Both the position numbers and the translations under genes were made by a program. From positions 248,001 to 312,000 of the forward strand of contig JAANOX010000033.1 in NCBI GenBank assembly GCA_020184695.1: 64,000 nt of DNA, given 5' to 3'. The notes under the pieces are model-generated. The model made no database searches. It saw only the letters and a list, made by a program, of their open reading frames with translations, and had not been told where the DNA came from. Positions 34,101 through 45,851 of this stretch are shown piece by piece; the first letter of the stretch is position 1, and the number at the start of each line of letters is the position of its first letter. Source of the DNA: Histomonas meleagridis 2922-C6/04-290x. Lineage: Eukaryota > Protista > Parabasalia.

Positions 34101-36455
34101 TTCTTTGTTGTCCAATGTGTTCTGTAATGTATTAGTTTTTGTTTCATATGAATTTTGATTATCATTAATAATATTATTCAATTCTTTTATTTCATTGTCT
34201 TTATTCGAAATTTTATCAATTAATTCATTGATTTTAATATCTTTTTCATTCGCTTCTCCTTCAATGAGCTCTTGTTTCATTTGAATTTGTTGTTTAAGTT
34301 CTTCAATTTCTTTGTTTAATTCACTAATTTCTTTTTCATGAGAGCTTTGTTTTGACTTAATAATTGTTTTCATTTCGTCAATTTCATTTTTGTTATTTGT
34401 CAAAACATTTGTTAATTCTTGAATTTTTATATCTTTTTCGTTTATTTCACTTTCACTTATTTTTTGACTTTCTTGAATTTGCTGTTTAAGTTCTTCAATT
34501 TCTTTGTTTAATTCATTAGTTTTCGTTTCAAATACATTTTGGTTATCATTGATAATATTATTCAATTCTTTGATTTCGTTGTCTTTATTCGAAATTGTAT
34601 TAATCAATTCATTAATTTTTGATTCCTTTTCATTAATTTCATTTTCCTTCGAAATTTGATTTTGTTGAATTTGCTGTTTGAGTTCAATAATTTCATTATT
34701 TAACTCATCAATTTTGTTTTCCTTTTCATTCGCTTCTCCTTCAATGAGCTCTTGTTTCATTTGAATTTGTTGTTTAAGTTCTTCAATTTCTTTGTTTAAT
34801 TCATTAGTTTTCGTTTCAAATACATTTTGGTTATCATTGATAATATTATTCAATTCTTTGATTTCGTTGTCTTTATTCGAAATTGTATTAATCAATTCAT
34901 TAATTTTAATATCTTTTTCATTCGCTTCTCCTTCAATGAGTTCTTGTTTCATTTGATTTTGTGTTTTGAGTTCTTCAATTTCTTTGTTTAATTCATTAAT
35001 TTTTGTTTCCTTTTCATTAATTTCATTTTCATTTGATTTTTGATTCTCTTGATTTTGTGTTTTGAGTTCTTCAATTTCTTTGTTTAATTCATTAATTTTA
35101 GTTTCCGATAAATTTTGGTTATCATTGATAATATCATTTAATTCTTTAATTTCATTTTCTTTATTTGAAATTGTATTAATCAATTCATTGATTTTTGTTT
35201 CCTTTTCATTAATTACATTCTCATTTGATTTTTGATTATCTTGATTTTGTGTTTTGAGTTCTTCGATTTCTTTGTTTAATTCATTAATTTTAGTTTCCGA
35301 TAAATTTTGGTTATCATTGATAATATCATTTAATTCTTTAATTTCATTTTCTTTATTTGAAATTGTATTTATCAATTCATTGATTTTTGTTTCCTTTTCA
35401 TTAACATTTTCTTGCTTTGCTTCAATTTGCTGTTTAAGTTCTTCGATTTCTTTGTTTAGCTCATTGATTTTTATATCATTTTCATTTTGCTCTTCATTAG
35501 ATTTTGTTTTATCTTTGAGTTCTTCTATTTCTTTTTCATGAATTGAAAGTTTCATATTTAATTCATTTATTATTTCTTCTTTTTCATTTATTTCTTTTTC
35601 AAATGAATTTTGGTTTTCTTCAATTATTTCATTTAATTCTTTAATTTCGTTTTCTTTATTTTCAAGTTCTATGTTTAATTTGTTTATTTCTTCTGATTCA
35701 TTTGAATTATTATCAGTTTTATTTTCTTTTAATGTTTTAATGTCATTTTCATATTTCAGTTTCTCTGCTTCGAAAGTTGAAATAATTTCATTTTTTTCGT
35801 TTGTTAATTGTTCGTATTCAGTTTGCAAATTACTTAATCGCTCTTCTAACGAATTCCTTTCGTCTTCATACGATGTAATCAGTACCTGAAAATCATTGTC
35901 CTTTTCGTTGATTTGGTTTTCAAGCTCTGCAATTCTGGAGCTTTGATCTTGTTGATCATTTTTTTCTGACTCGAATACTGAAATAATTTCTTGCATCTCT
36001 TTTTCTTTTTCTGAAAGCATTTGCTTAAGATCGGAAATTTGCTTTGAGTAACTGTTATCGAGCTTAAGGATCATTTCTTGGTTTTGATTTTCTTTTTCAT
36101 CAAGAAGCTTGGCTTGTTGGTCGGATTTTGACTTGGATTCTTCTAGCTCTTGCATTAATTTTGAAATTTGATTTTCATATTGTTCTTTTTGTTGGAGAGT
36201 TTCGTTGACAAATTCTTGTAACAATTTGTTCTTTTCTTTTTCTGCTTCAAACTCATCTAATTTCATTTCTGTTTTCCCTTTTTCTTCCAGTAGTTTGTTG
36301 ATCATATCTTGATAAGAAGATTTTTGTGAATTTGCTGCATTAATTTCCAAATTTAAATCATTAACTTTTGCGTATAAATTCATGCAAACTTTTTTTAATT
36401 CATCAACTGAGTTAATCCGATTTAATCTGTCGGAAAAACTCATATTCCGATCCAT
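31178..36455 (-). CDS. GRIP-domain golgin-like coiled-coil protein (about 1750 aa), split by one 1-nt frameshift near 33646-33650
   Basis: C-terminal YLRRSMLQFF...EAMIPMILELVGC GRIP motif. ORFs 33642-36455 and 31178-33676 overlap at a T5 run where the duplicated copy (34520-34523) has T4. Confidence 0.8.
32150..35500 (-). repeat. Internal coding tandem/dispersed repeats of the golgin
   Basis: Recurring units such as NELNKEIEELKQQ and NTISNKDNEIKELNNIINDNQ. Near-identical DNA duplications include about 33449-33745 vs 34322-34618 and about 32270-32500 vs 32815-33040. Confidence 0.85.
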
Positions 36456-36695
36456 GGGTTACCTATCGATGAGTCACTTTCCGGTTTATTAACGGTTTGA
36501 CCAACCATTCCAAATGTCTTTTTTTAAGAAAAATGCAAGAATCAAAAAGATAGAAACAACAATTTACGTTTTTTATAAACGTTAAACATGCTCATTGTAA
36601 ATATTTAGTAAAATAATTTTGTTTGATGAGATCTCATCAAACATTTTTTTTTTAATTAATAAAAAGTAGAATTTGTATTCTATTTATCTATTTAC

Positions 36696-38408
36696 TTATA
36701 TATTTGGAAACATTTGTTCTAATTTAAACACCTCTGATTGTATATGTTCTTTTTTGAGGTAAATCACAACATTTCCCTTCAATATTATTCCACCGAAAGA
36801 TAAAGCTGATCCTTCCACATTAAACAAGTATCCGCCTTGTCTTTGGTCCTTAACTTCATCATAAAAAGGAAGTTCACCCACGTTAACCCCTTCTTGCGCC
36901 GATAGAATCATTCTTTTCATAACCGCCGCCGATACATTCACAATTCTCTTTGATGCGAATTTACGTACAACATCAGTTCCTTCCATACATGGTACTCCTC
37001 TCACAATTGATTTATCACTAAGCGATTTCCATGTGAAAATTCTTGTGCCACAAAGAACAGCTCTAAGTTGATCTGATGGAATTGAATTTACAATTTCGGC
37101 AACTTCTTTTGAAAGATAATAAATATTGTTAACGACATTCTCTGCACGAACAAACATTCGCTCACTGTCGAAATCTGATGTTAAGCCGAAATCATTTTTG
37201 ATCGATTCAGCAACCTCATTCGATACAGTTGAGAGCTTTACAAAAGGTGGCTCCTTCCACTTTGGAAGTGGCTTGTGTGGGAGCTTTGGCACTTCAACAT
37301 TGATATTTCCGAGTTTTTGTAGCACAGCCACAAAGAATCCACCAGAATCGTTTTGATGTGGGAAAAATCTCATACAATATTCCAAGTTTTGTATTTGAGG
37401 TTGTGGATTCATTGTTGCAACAGTGTTTTCGTCTTGGACAACTTTCCAATCCTTCAGGCCAGCAGAACTTACCAAAGATGGAAACTCTTTTCGACAATCA
37501 AGAAGGATAACAGAATCGCCAGTTTCCAAAAGAGTTGAATTGATAACAGCTTCATCTTCAATAGGATTAAGTGAACATGTTGAGTAAACAAGTCTACCAC
37601 CGATACTTAATAGTTGTAATGCGCGGATAAGAATTGCTCGCTGAAGTGTATGCAATGAAGACCCATTGGATGTGGACCATTTGTTAATTGCATCAGGATT
37701 CTTACGGAGTGTTCCATCACCAGAACATGGGACATCACAAAGAATACGATCAAACTGTCCAAGTTCGGGTAAATATTGTGCAGGATAAGCAGTTGTAATT
37801 GTGCTGTATGTGTTGTAGCGATTGAGGTTATGGGTAAGAGTGAAACAACGATTGATGTTTACATCATTAGCTACAAGGAGACCGTTTGTTATGATGTTTA
37901 TGATTTGTGATGTCTTACTACCAGGAGATGCACAGCAGTCAAGAACACTTGAGTCATTTTTAAGATCAAGGAAAAAAGGTGGAATCATAGATACAAGTTC
38001 TTGACGAGCAATGTATCCAAATTGGGAATTTTTTGAAAGCCATTCACGAAAAGGTTGAAGATCATCATCTTTACGGAGAGTTGGATTATCAACATTTAGT
38101 TGATAAATAAAACCAAAACGATCATCAAGTGTAGTTATTTGTTTGCAATTTAATTTTTCTTGATGTTCTGAAATAAATGAATCCATTTTAGATTTAAGTT
38201 GGTTAGATATTTCTGTAGGAATTATTCTAATTACGTGATGCAATGATTGACGGAAGATATCAATCATTAAATTGAATTCTTCTGATGTTAAAAGAGATGG
38301 AACAAACTGTTCTCTGTAATAATCAATAAATTCTTGTGGAATATAACCTTTTTCGTTGACTTTTCTTTCAGACTTTTTTCCTGGTTTTTTCTTCAAAGGG
38401 CGGGACAT
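36696..38408 (-). CDS. NSUN2: RNA m5C methyltransferase, NOL1/NOP2/Sun family (NSUN2/Trm4-like)
   Basis: RQELVSMIPP, DCCASPGSKT, DRILCDVPCSGDGTLRK, VYSTCSLNPIEDE, RFFPHQNDSGGFFVAVL. Likely start MSRPLKK at 38408. Confidence 0.9.
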   Translation of the reverse strand: MSRPLKKKPGKKSERKVNEKGYIPQEFIDYYREQFVPSLLTSEEFNLMIDIFRQSLHHVIRIIPTEISNQLKSKMDSFISEHQEKLNCKQITTLDDRFGFIYQLNVDNPTLRKDDDLQPFREWLSKNSQFGYIARQELVSMIPPFFLDLKNDSSVLDCCASPGSKTSQIINIITNGLLVANDVNINRCFTLTHNLNRYNTYSTITTAYPAQYLPELGQFDRILCDVPCSGDGTLRKNPDAINKWSTSNGSSLHTLQRAILIRALQLLSIGGRLVYSTCSLNPIEDEAVINSTLLETGDSVILLDCRKEFPSLVSSAGLKDWKVVQDENTVATMNPQPQIQNLEYCMRFFPHQNDSGGFFVAVLQKLGNINVEVPKLPHKPLPKWKEPPFVKLSTVSNEVAESIKNDFGLTSDFDSERMFVRAENVVNNIYYLSKEVAEIVNSIPSDQLRAVLCGTRIFTWKSLSDKSIVRGVPCMEGTDVVRKFASKRIVNVSAAVMKRMILSAQEGVNVGELPFYDEVKDQRQGGYLFNVEGSALSFGGIILKGNVVIYLKKEHIQSEVFKLEQMFPNI

Positions 38409-39723
38409 ATCAATGTGCAAACAGACCAAAAGTGACTCCTTGATTTTTAAGATGTTATACCCCTTTGCTCTCATATTTTACCCTTTTTTGTACGTTAAGC
38501 CCAATTAATGTGTTTTTTTGATATTTGTTTCTTCTTCATATCCACGCCATGAATGTATTAATGCAATTCATTCATAACAATAATAGAACTCATGATTTTG
38601 AAGTTATATTTTGATACATCCGAGTTTTGAACGATATTTTTATTTTTTTATAAAATAATTTTAAATGATTTTTAGTTTCACTATAATAGAATCAAAATAC
38701 GTATTAACAATATTTAGAAGAAGTATTTTATATTAATTAAGCAAGCCAAAAACAAAATTTCATGGGAAATTAAAATTATCATAATTATGATAAACAAAAT
38801 TTCAAAGTATCAAAAATCAATAATTTTTCAATATTGGTTTTCAAAATTTTGGGGCTTTGTTTTTTACCTATTATACTACATTTTATTTATATTAGATTTT
38901 TAAAATCATCATGTAAAAAAAAATTTCCCCTAAATGTACAATATTTGTTTTATGTATAATTTTCGTTGTGAACATTATTAGAACTTAAAGTTTTAATATT
39001 TTATTATTTCTAAAAGATCCTACAAAATTTTCCTGGTAAAACAAAATTTTCTCTTCATAATATCTCGATTATTTGGCCGGCCAATTAATAACAGTTTTTT
39101 TGTTCCATATTTGATCGTCTAAGGGGTTATTCTTAGAAAAAGTTGTTGGGAGTTCCATATGGAACAAATGGTGACTTATGAGAGCAAAGGGGGAAAACAT
39201 TTTAAACAACCGAAGTTCTTGATGATATCAAAAAATGTGCACAGAACAGAAAAATCTTTCTTAATTCCTTCAAAAAGTATTTTTATAAGAAGACCATTTT
39301 GGGGCGTATCGTTACCATTATTTACTACTGTATATGAGTCTTTCAAAGAGTTTATAAATCATATGCTTATTGATGAGACAAATATGTTTCAGATTTGATA
39401 TTTATTGAATGGTTTATTTTGTAATTTATACAAAATTTTTAATGTTGATTTTCCTGTTTCGATTGTGTTCACAACATAAAGGCTTTGATATATTTTAAAT
39501 ACTTTTCAAAGTTAAATATTCTTCTTTCTTTTTGGTCACTTTAATTGTGATATTCATAAAATTTATATAATTTTGATGATGCAAGATATAAAAATAGTAA
39601 ATCACAGGCTATCATTCAAATAACAATTGTGACATTTGTTGACATCAATTATATCGAAGCACTTTTGAAAAAAGAGATTATTAAGGACAGCCCTTATGAA
39701 AAATTAGTAAATAATGTAACAAA

Positions 39724-40620
39724 TTATGAAAAAGTTACAAAATTTTTCCCCGTTTCTAACAGTATTTTAACGATTTCATTGTGGCCTCTCCTATTTGCAT
39801 ATGCATCTTATTCTTTTATAACAAAATAATTTAAATAATTTCCAAATATTATTTTAAAATACCAAATTATTAAAATAAATAATAAAACAAATAAATATTT
39901 TTAGCATTAATATCAGTTCCTTTTTGCCTTAAAATGTATGTAACAAGTTCAATGTTTCCCGAAAATGATGCAAAAACTAAAGTATTTATTGGAAGTTGAT
40001 TATTTTTATGGAAATATTTTACAAGAAAAATATTCCCAATTTTTGCTGCTTCATTAATGATATTTTCATTAATTTTCATTCCTTCTTTTTCTAAATATGT
40101 AAAAATTTCATAATTAAAATATGAAACGCATTTTTCTCCTAATTCTTTTAATTCATTAATATCTTCAATTTTATTATCATAAAGATATTTAAAGATATCA
40201 TTTTGATGAAATTCAATTGCTGTTTCATATGCATTTTCAAATGCTGATTGATTTTGCTGGCATAAATGAATGATTTCAAGATTTCCTCCTGCAACTGCAT
40301 ATTTACCTGTATTTTTCACTTTTTCTCCATTCATAAGTAAATATTTAAAACATTTAATCGAAGAAAAAAATGCTGCATAATCAATTAATGTAACATTTTC
40401 TTGATTAATAAATGAACATCTTTCATAAATTGATTTTGGGATTATTTGATTAAAATCGAATTCATTTTGTGATGATATTTCTTGAAGTTTTTCGATTTCA
40501 TCATTTCGAATTATTTTAGCAATTTCATTCGGATTAACTCCTTCTTCAATTCATTGCTTATGAAGTGCAAAATCATTCTTCGAAAGTTCTTCATAAGAAA
40601 TATTTTCTTGAATAAATAAA
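39724..40620 (-). pseudogene. N-terminally truncated DUF3447/ankyrin gene relic with a damaged 17-nt spacer cluster
   Basis: Paralogous to 42229-44070 and 60511-62536 (EGVNPNEIAKIIRNDEIEKLQE...TLIDYAAFFSSIKCFKYLLMNG). In-frame TGA near 40555 and a broken last repeat. Confidence 0.75.
39824..39896 (-). other. Degenerate 17-nt spacer/single-codon cluster (first unit 4 nt short)
   Basis: atttatttgttttatt(16, codon lost)-atttattttaataattt-GGT-attttaaaataatattt-GGA-aattatttaaattattt-TGT. Confidence 0.7.
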
Positions 40621-40673
40621 TGTTCATATTTATCTAATTTCATATCAGTATTCACCATCATATTATTTTCTAT

Positions 40674-41180
40674 TTAACATTGGTTATAAGATGGCAAAGC
40701 TGCATTACGAATACACATTCCAATGATTTTAATTCCTCTTCGTACACATCTTTGTATTAATGGCTTCAACTTTGCTTCTTCAACGTGATGCTTAGTATCA
40801 CCTCCATATGCTTTTCCATGTGCAGGAGCACCTGCAATGTGTATAATTAATTTTATTCCGTCTCTCCATCTGATATTGTTTAATGCGATTGTATATGCTA
40901 TGCTCCAACCCAAACTTCGGGACCGTCTCCACCTCCATCAGCTTTAACAGTACCAATTTGTTTTTGTAATCCAACAACATCAAATGAAAGATTAAAGTAT
41001 TAATGTACATCAGAACGCAAATCGACTGGATCACGATAAAATATACCTCCGAATTGGAAATCTACATTCGGTAATTTCAGTTTTAATTCATTTGATATAT
41101 TAATACATTCATTTTTAGCAGATGTAACATAATCACCATTGATCCAGTTGCATCGACCATATAAATGATATCAAATGATC
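40674..41180 (-). pseudogene. von Willebrand A domain pseudogene
   Basis: FDIIYMVDATGSM (MIDAS), FYRDPVD, GGGDGPE.W, IIHIA.APAHG. Interrupted by frameshifts and an in-frame TAA. Confidence 0.7.
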
Positions 41181-41208
41181 CAAAATATCCTTTTTGTAAT
41201 TTGTTCTA

Positions 41209-41797
41209 TTAAACACCCAATTGTATGTTATAACTTACAGATTTTGGCCTCCATTCATTAGGTTTTATTCCTGGATTTGTTCTGATTTGTACTTCTGGTC
41301 GTGCTGTCCAATCAGCAATGCTTTGTGTGTATCTATATATGTTCCATCTGTTCTTATTTGTGTGAAACATTTTGTATAACCACAATCGATAATTATATCG
41401 CCATTTCCTTTTGAAGTATTACTTGGATAAATAATATTTAACAAAAAATCAATTCCAAGTTGACGAAGTTCTGAAAAATCAACTTTAACTGTTTTTGTAA
41501 TTGGAGCTTTCTTCAGTAGGAAAAGCCCAGGATGCTGGTAATCAATGCGAATATGAGACCTAATTTTTGATATGATGAGTTTTCATTTTTTGCTTTAGAA
41601 AACCTTTTCACTAATTGAAGTGCATCTGAAATTGTGTCTGAGTCAGGTTCTGCACTTTCGATTATAACATGTGAAGAACAATTTTTCAAATGACACCAAA
41701 TAAAATCTTGATGACAATGCCTAATTAGAAAACCATTTTCTTTCTCATTCTCACCAACCTTGGTATTTATACCAGACAAAGAAACAAACTCTCTCAT
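41209..41797 (-). pseudogene. NFACT-R (DUF814)-like RNA-binding domain fragment, frameshifted and joined to an unrelated domain fragment
   Basis: KVGENEKEN..LI......IWCHLKNCSSHVII......ISDALQLVKRFSKAK is NFACT-R-like. It continues in other frames into GNGDIIIDCGYTKCF...WTARPE. Confidence 0.45.
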
Positions 41798-42228
41798 AAC
41801 AATTTTTGTTTTTCACATGGTCACAAAGGATCCAAATCCAATTTTCAAAGCAAATTTGCTGAAAAAACATTATACAAAATTTTCGCAAATATTAATATAA
41901 TTTTGAAAATACATTAATATCAAATGATCAGTATGAAGATTTTCTGTTAAGAGAGTAATGAAATTTGTGTACATGTTAAATATATTATTTGCCATGTGAT
42001 GATAATAGAACAAATATATTTATTACATTAATTCAAATTTAGGTTCATTTTTTATGAAATATTTTTACTTAGAAGTCGTTTAATATATAAGAAAAAATAT
42101 CTTTACTTATTTCCATATATAATTCTAATTTCTCCATAAAGTTCTATTCGTTAACGAAAATTGGTTTTTTATTAATGAAATTCAAGTTGATTTTGAAATG
42201 AAAATTTGATATTTTTAGAAGAAGATGT

Positions 42229-44070
42229 TCAGCTAGAATTTTGGCTTTTAGCTTTTTCAAGAAGTAATTTAGCTATTTTAGTATAACCTTTTCGTTGCGC
42301 AATGTGAAGTGATATTACAAATTATTTGAATAAATTCCTCATCATTTAAACAAACATTCAATATTTAAAACAAAGATTTTTAGCATTAACATCAATATCT
42401 TTATGATCCAAAAGTAATTTTACCATTTCTATATTATTATTTTTAATAGCAACATGAAGTGATGCCTCAAATTATTTAAGTAAACATCAAAATATTCATA
42501 CAAATCCAAAATCATAAAAACAAATTCCATATGTTTAAAATAAATATTTTTTAAATTTACATCAATTCCTTCTTGTTGCAAAAGTAATTTTACCATATCC
42601 ATGTAATTACTTCTAACTGCTGTATATAATATTGCTTCATAATAATAAAATAAATTCCAAATTATAAAAACAATTACTAAAATATAACAAAAAATTTTAA
42701 ATAAATAAAACAATTTTGAAGTTATTATTAGAAATACTTTTCTCATTAATATCAATTCCTTTTTGTTCCAAAAGTAATTTTACAATTTTTATTTTATTAT
42801 TTCTAACTGCAATATGAATTGCTTTATCAAATTATTAAAATGAATTCCGAATTAACATAATAAATTTCAAAACATTAAAACAATTATATTTTGCATTAAT
42901 ATCAATTTCTTCTTGCTCCAAAATATATTTAACGAGTTCATCATTACCTGAAATAGAAGCAAAAACTAAAACATCATTTGGAACTTGATAACTTTGATGA
43001 AAATATTTAAACAGGTATAAATTTCCAGATTTTGCTATTTTATTCATCATATTATCATTAATTTCCATACCTTTTCCTTCTAAATATGAAAGGATTTCAT
43101 AATTATCTTTATCGATACACAAACATATTAAATCATTAATTTTATTTTCGTTTTTTGTTTGTTTATTTGGTTCTATATTTTCTTGTGATTCTCCTAATTT
43201 TTTTTCATAAATGTACTTAAAAACATCATTTTGATGAAATTCGATTGCGATTTCATATGGATTTTCAAATGCTGAATGATTTTGCTGGCATAAATGAATG
43301 ATTTCAAGATTTCCTCCTGCAACTGCATATTTACCTGTTTTATCTAATTTTGCTCCATTCATAAGTAAATATTTAAAACATTTAATCGAAGAAAAAAATG
43401 CTGCATAATCAATTAATGTAACATTTTCTTGATTAATAAATGAACATCTTTCATAAAGCGATGGTTCAATTGTTTGATTAAAATCAAAATTATTTTGTGA
43501 TGTTATTTCTTGAAGTTTTTCTATTTCATCATTTCGAATCATTTTCGCAATTTCATTCGGATTAACTCCTTCTTTAACTAATTTTTTTTGAAGTTCCCAA
43601 CTATTCTTCGAAAGCTTCTCAAAGTTTTTCATAAAGTTTACTGAAAATTGATCAATTTTAGGAAGCCATTGAATACTTTGCGATTTAGGTTTAAGATATG
43701 AAAAATAAATAGATGAAATATATTCGACAACACTTGCATCAGCTAAATTTTGGTCAATCATTTGTGCTATTATATAATATGATTCTTGTGAATCGATTTT
43801 GGTGAGATATTCAACAAAATTTTCTAGGATTTTGGGTATATTTGGATCATTTTCTTCTTCTTTGGATTGAATTTTTTGTAAATATTTTAAGTAAATATCA
43901 AGTTCATTCTTTTTTGATAAAAGTGCACTGTAAACTAATTTGTTTATCATGATATTAAATGAAGTTGGAAATTTTGAATCAAATAATTTCATTGTTTGTT
44001 GAATTATTGCCTCAAAATTTTCTTCATCGACATTGAATATGGTCGCCTCCAGTTCTCTTAATAATTCCAT
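42229..44070 (-). CDS. DUF3447-type ankyrin-repeat protein whose repeat loops are split by fifteen 17-nt spacers (528 aa if all removed)
   Basis: N-terminal ORF 42835-44070, then three stop-free 31-codon ankyrin blocks (42736-42828, 42546-42638, 42376-42468) and a final block 42229-42318. 1842 nt - 15x17 = 1587 nt = 529 codons. Confidence 0.8.
42319..42375 (-). other. Spacer cluster A4: 3 x 17-nt spacers with codons AAT, GGA
   Basis: 57 nt = 3x17 + 2x3; rebuilds VNAKN-N-G-VISLHIA. Confidence 0.75.
42469..42545 (-). other. Spacer cluster A3: 4 x 17-nt spacers with codons GGA, TGG, GAT
   Basis: 77 nt = 4x17 + 3x3; rebuilds VNLKN-G-W-D-EASLHVA. Confidence 0.75.
42639..42735 (-). other. Spacer cluster A2: 5 x 17-nt spacers with codons CAA, AAA, AGT, GGA
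   Basis: 97 nt = 5x17 + 4x3; rebuilds INEKS-Q-K-S-G-EAILYTA. Confidence 0.8.
42829..42885 (-). other. Spacer cluster A1: 3 x 17-nt spacers with single codons GAA, GGA
   Basis: aattgttttaatgtttt-GAA-atttattatgttaattc-GGA-attcattttaataattt; rebuilds INAKY-E-G-DKAIHIA. Confidence 0.8.
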
Positions 44071-44798
44071 GAAGATTTAATACTTAGATTGTTTGCCTTA
44101 AAGAATGTGATATAAAAAAAATTATGACGTTTACAACAAAGAAATCGAAAACCGCTCATTTCCACTTTTAATGTTTCATAAGCTAAAAGACATATTGAAT
44201 GATGGTTCTCTAAGATACATCGAATTTGCCAAATATTGGGCTATTATATGATGCTGATGTTAGAATAGTTTTCGCGGAAACTCAGTCCAAGAATTTTGGT
44301 TTGGATTCAATATCACCATTTAAAAAAATACATTGAAGATTACATTTGCAAATGTAATTGCCTTATATTTTCACTAAGAATACTTGAATCCAGCGAGCTC
44401 AATTACATGAGAAATATATATAAATACATATCGAGTTAATCATTTTTCTTATGAAATTTGGAGTTATTTATGCCGAAAAATATCTTTAAAATAAACAAAC
44501 TCGGAATGACGTGGAAAGTGAGGATGGTTAAGGGAAGTTTTATAAATTCTTATGAAAGTCAAATTCTTAAATACAAAAAAGATAAAAGGAAGAATAAATT
44601 GCATTAACGGTCACTTTGAATTCAATTAAACATTTTTTTAATTTTGAGAGAAAAAACCACTCAGGTTCAAAAAACCAATCAAAGCTCAGAAAGAGTTTCT
44701 TTCAATTTTTTTGTCAGAAGCCAGAAAATAAACGTCCGTGTCGATCGTTAAATTTATTTTGCACCAAAAAATTAGGGTGCCCACAATCCATAATAAAT

Positions 44799-45494
44799 AT
44801 GCAATCAAAACAAGATAGAACTTTGAAAATTTATTATATTACAACTTCAATTGCTGAAGTTATTCTTGGCATAGTTGTTATTTTGTTATTTGCGTCAAAT
44901 GCATTTTTAACCTTAAATTTATTATTTTTCTTTTTTGGCGGAACTTATTTCACCGCATGTTTTGTTTCAAAAATTGAAAGTAAGAACCCAAGGAAAGAAC
45001 CAAAAAATCACCTTTATGATCCAAATCTCCATTTTGCAATAATGTTTTACTTGTTTTTCATTCTAAGGACAACATCTCTTTTTTATGTCTTTGATTCTAT
45101 TTTCTTGTTTATTGGTGTTTTTGGGATGTATGTTCCTGATGAAAAAATCAAAAATGAAATTTCAAAGATTTTGCTTTCCAGAAAATTAACGAAATTTTTA
45201 ACATATGTCCAAATCCTTGTAATACCAGAACTCGCTTTATGGACTTTAATAACATTTTCTTTCAGATTCTTTCTAACACTTATTGCATATGTTGTCATTA
45301 ATGAAATGTTTGCATATGCTGTTTCATATGAACACAAAAGCGTATGGGAAAAAATAATGAAAATGTTAAAAGAAGGGAAGAAAAACAAAAAATATGAAAA
45401 TATTTGTAATTTTCTCGTTTCCATGGGCAATATTCTGAGCAATGTTTCACTGAAAATTTATCCAACAAATCCACTCAAAGTACATATGCAATAA
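44799..45494 (+). CDS. Multi-pass membrane protein (possibly TMEM33/Pom33-like)
   Basis: Several hydrophobic helices and a basic C-terminal amphipathic segment. First ATG at 44799. The family assignment is by overall layout only. Confidence 0.5.
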   Translation: MQSKQDRTLKIYYITTSIAEVILGIVVILLFASNAFLTLNLLFFFFGGTYFTACFVSKIESKNPRKEPKNHLYDPNLHFAIMFYLFFILRTTSLFYVFDSIFLFIGVFGMYVPDEKIKNEISKILLSRKLTKFLTYVQILVIPELALWTLITFSFRFFLTLIAYVVINEMFAYAVSYEHKSVWEKIMKMLKEGKKNKKYENICNFLVSMGNILSNVSLKIYPTNPLKVHMQ

Positions 45495-45851
45495 TTAATA
45501 AATGTAATTAATTTTTATGTTTATTTTAAACAAAACAGAATTATTATTATTATATTTTTTGTATGAAGATATTGAATTATATTTGCATTTCTTCATTTAT
45601 TTATAAGGTTATAACTTTAATAGTTCATAATCTTAAATCTTTTAACCACAATCATCAGAGATTTTAAGATCATTTACACAAAACACAGAAAACTTAATAT
45701 ATTATTTAAATATACATATAATGAATGAAAAATAAAGCATAGCATTGAATCGAGTTCTTCTGAATTGTGCGGAGTATATTCATTTTAAAAAGTTAAAAAA
45801 TAAAATTTGATAAAAATAAATGTATTTGTTTACAAATGTGAACATATTTAA

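Noticed and set aside
39159-39398. 79-aa ORF with RRPFWGVSLP, reminiscent of class I tRNA-synthetase RxRxWGxPxP
   Set aside because: Isolated short match with no surrounding homology; other frames are riddled with stops.
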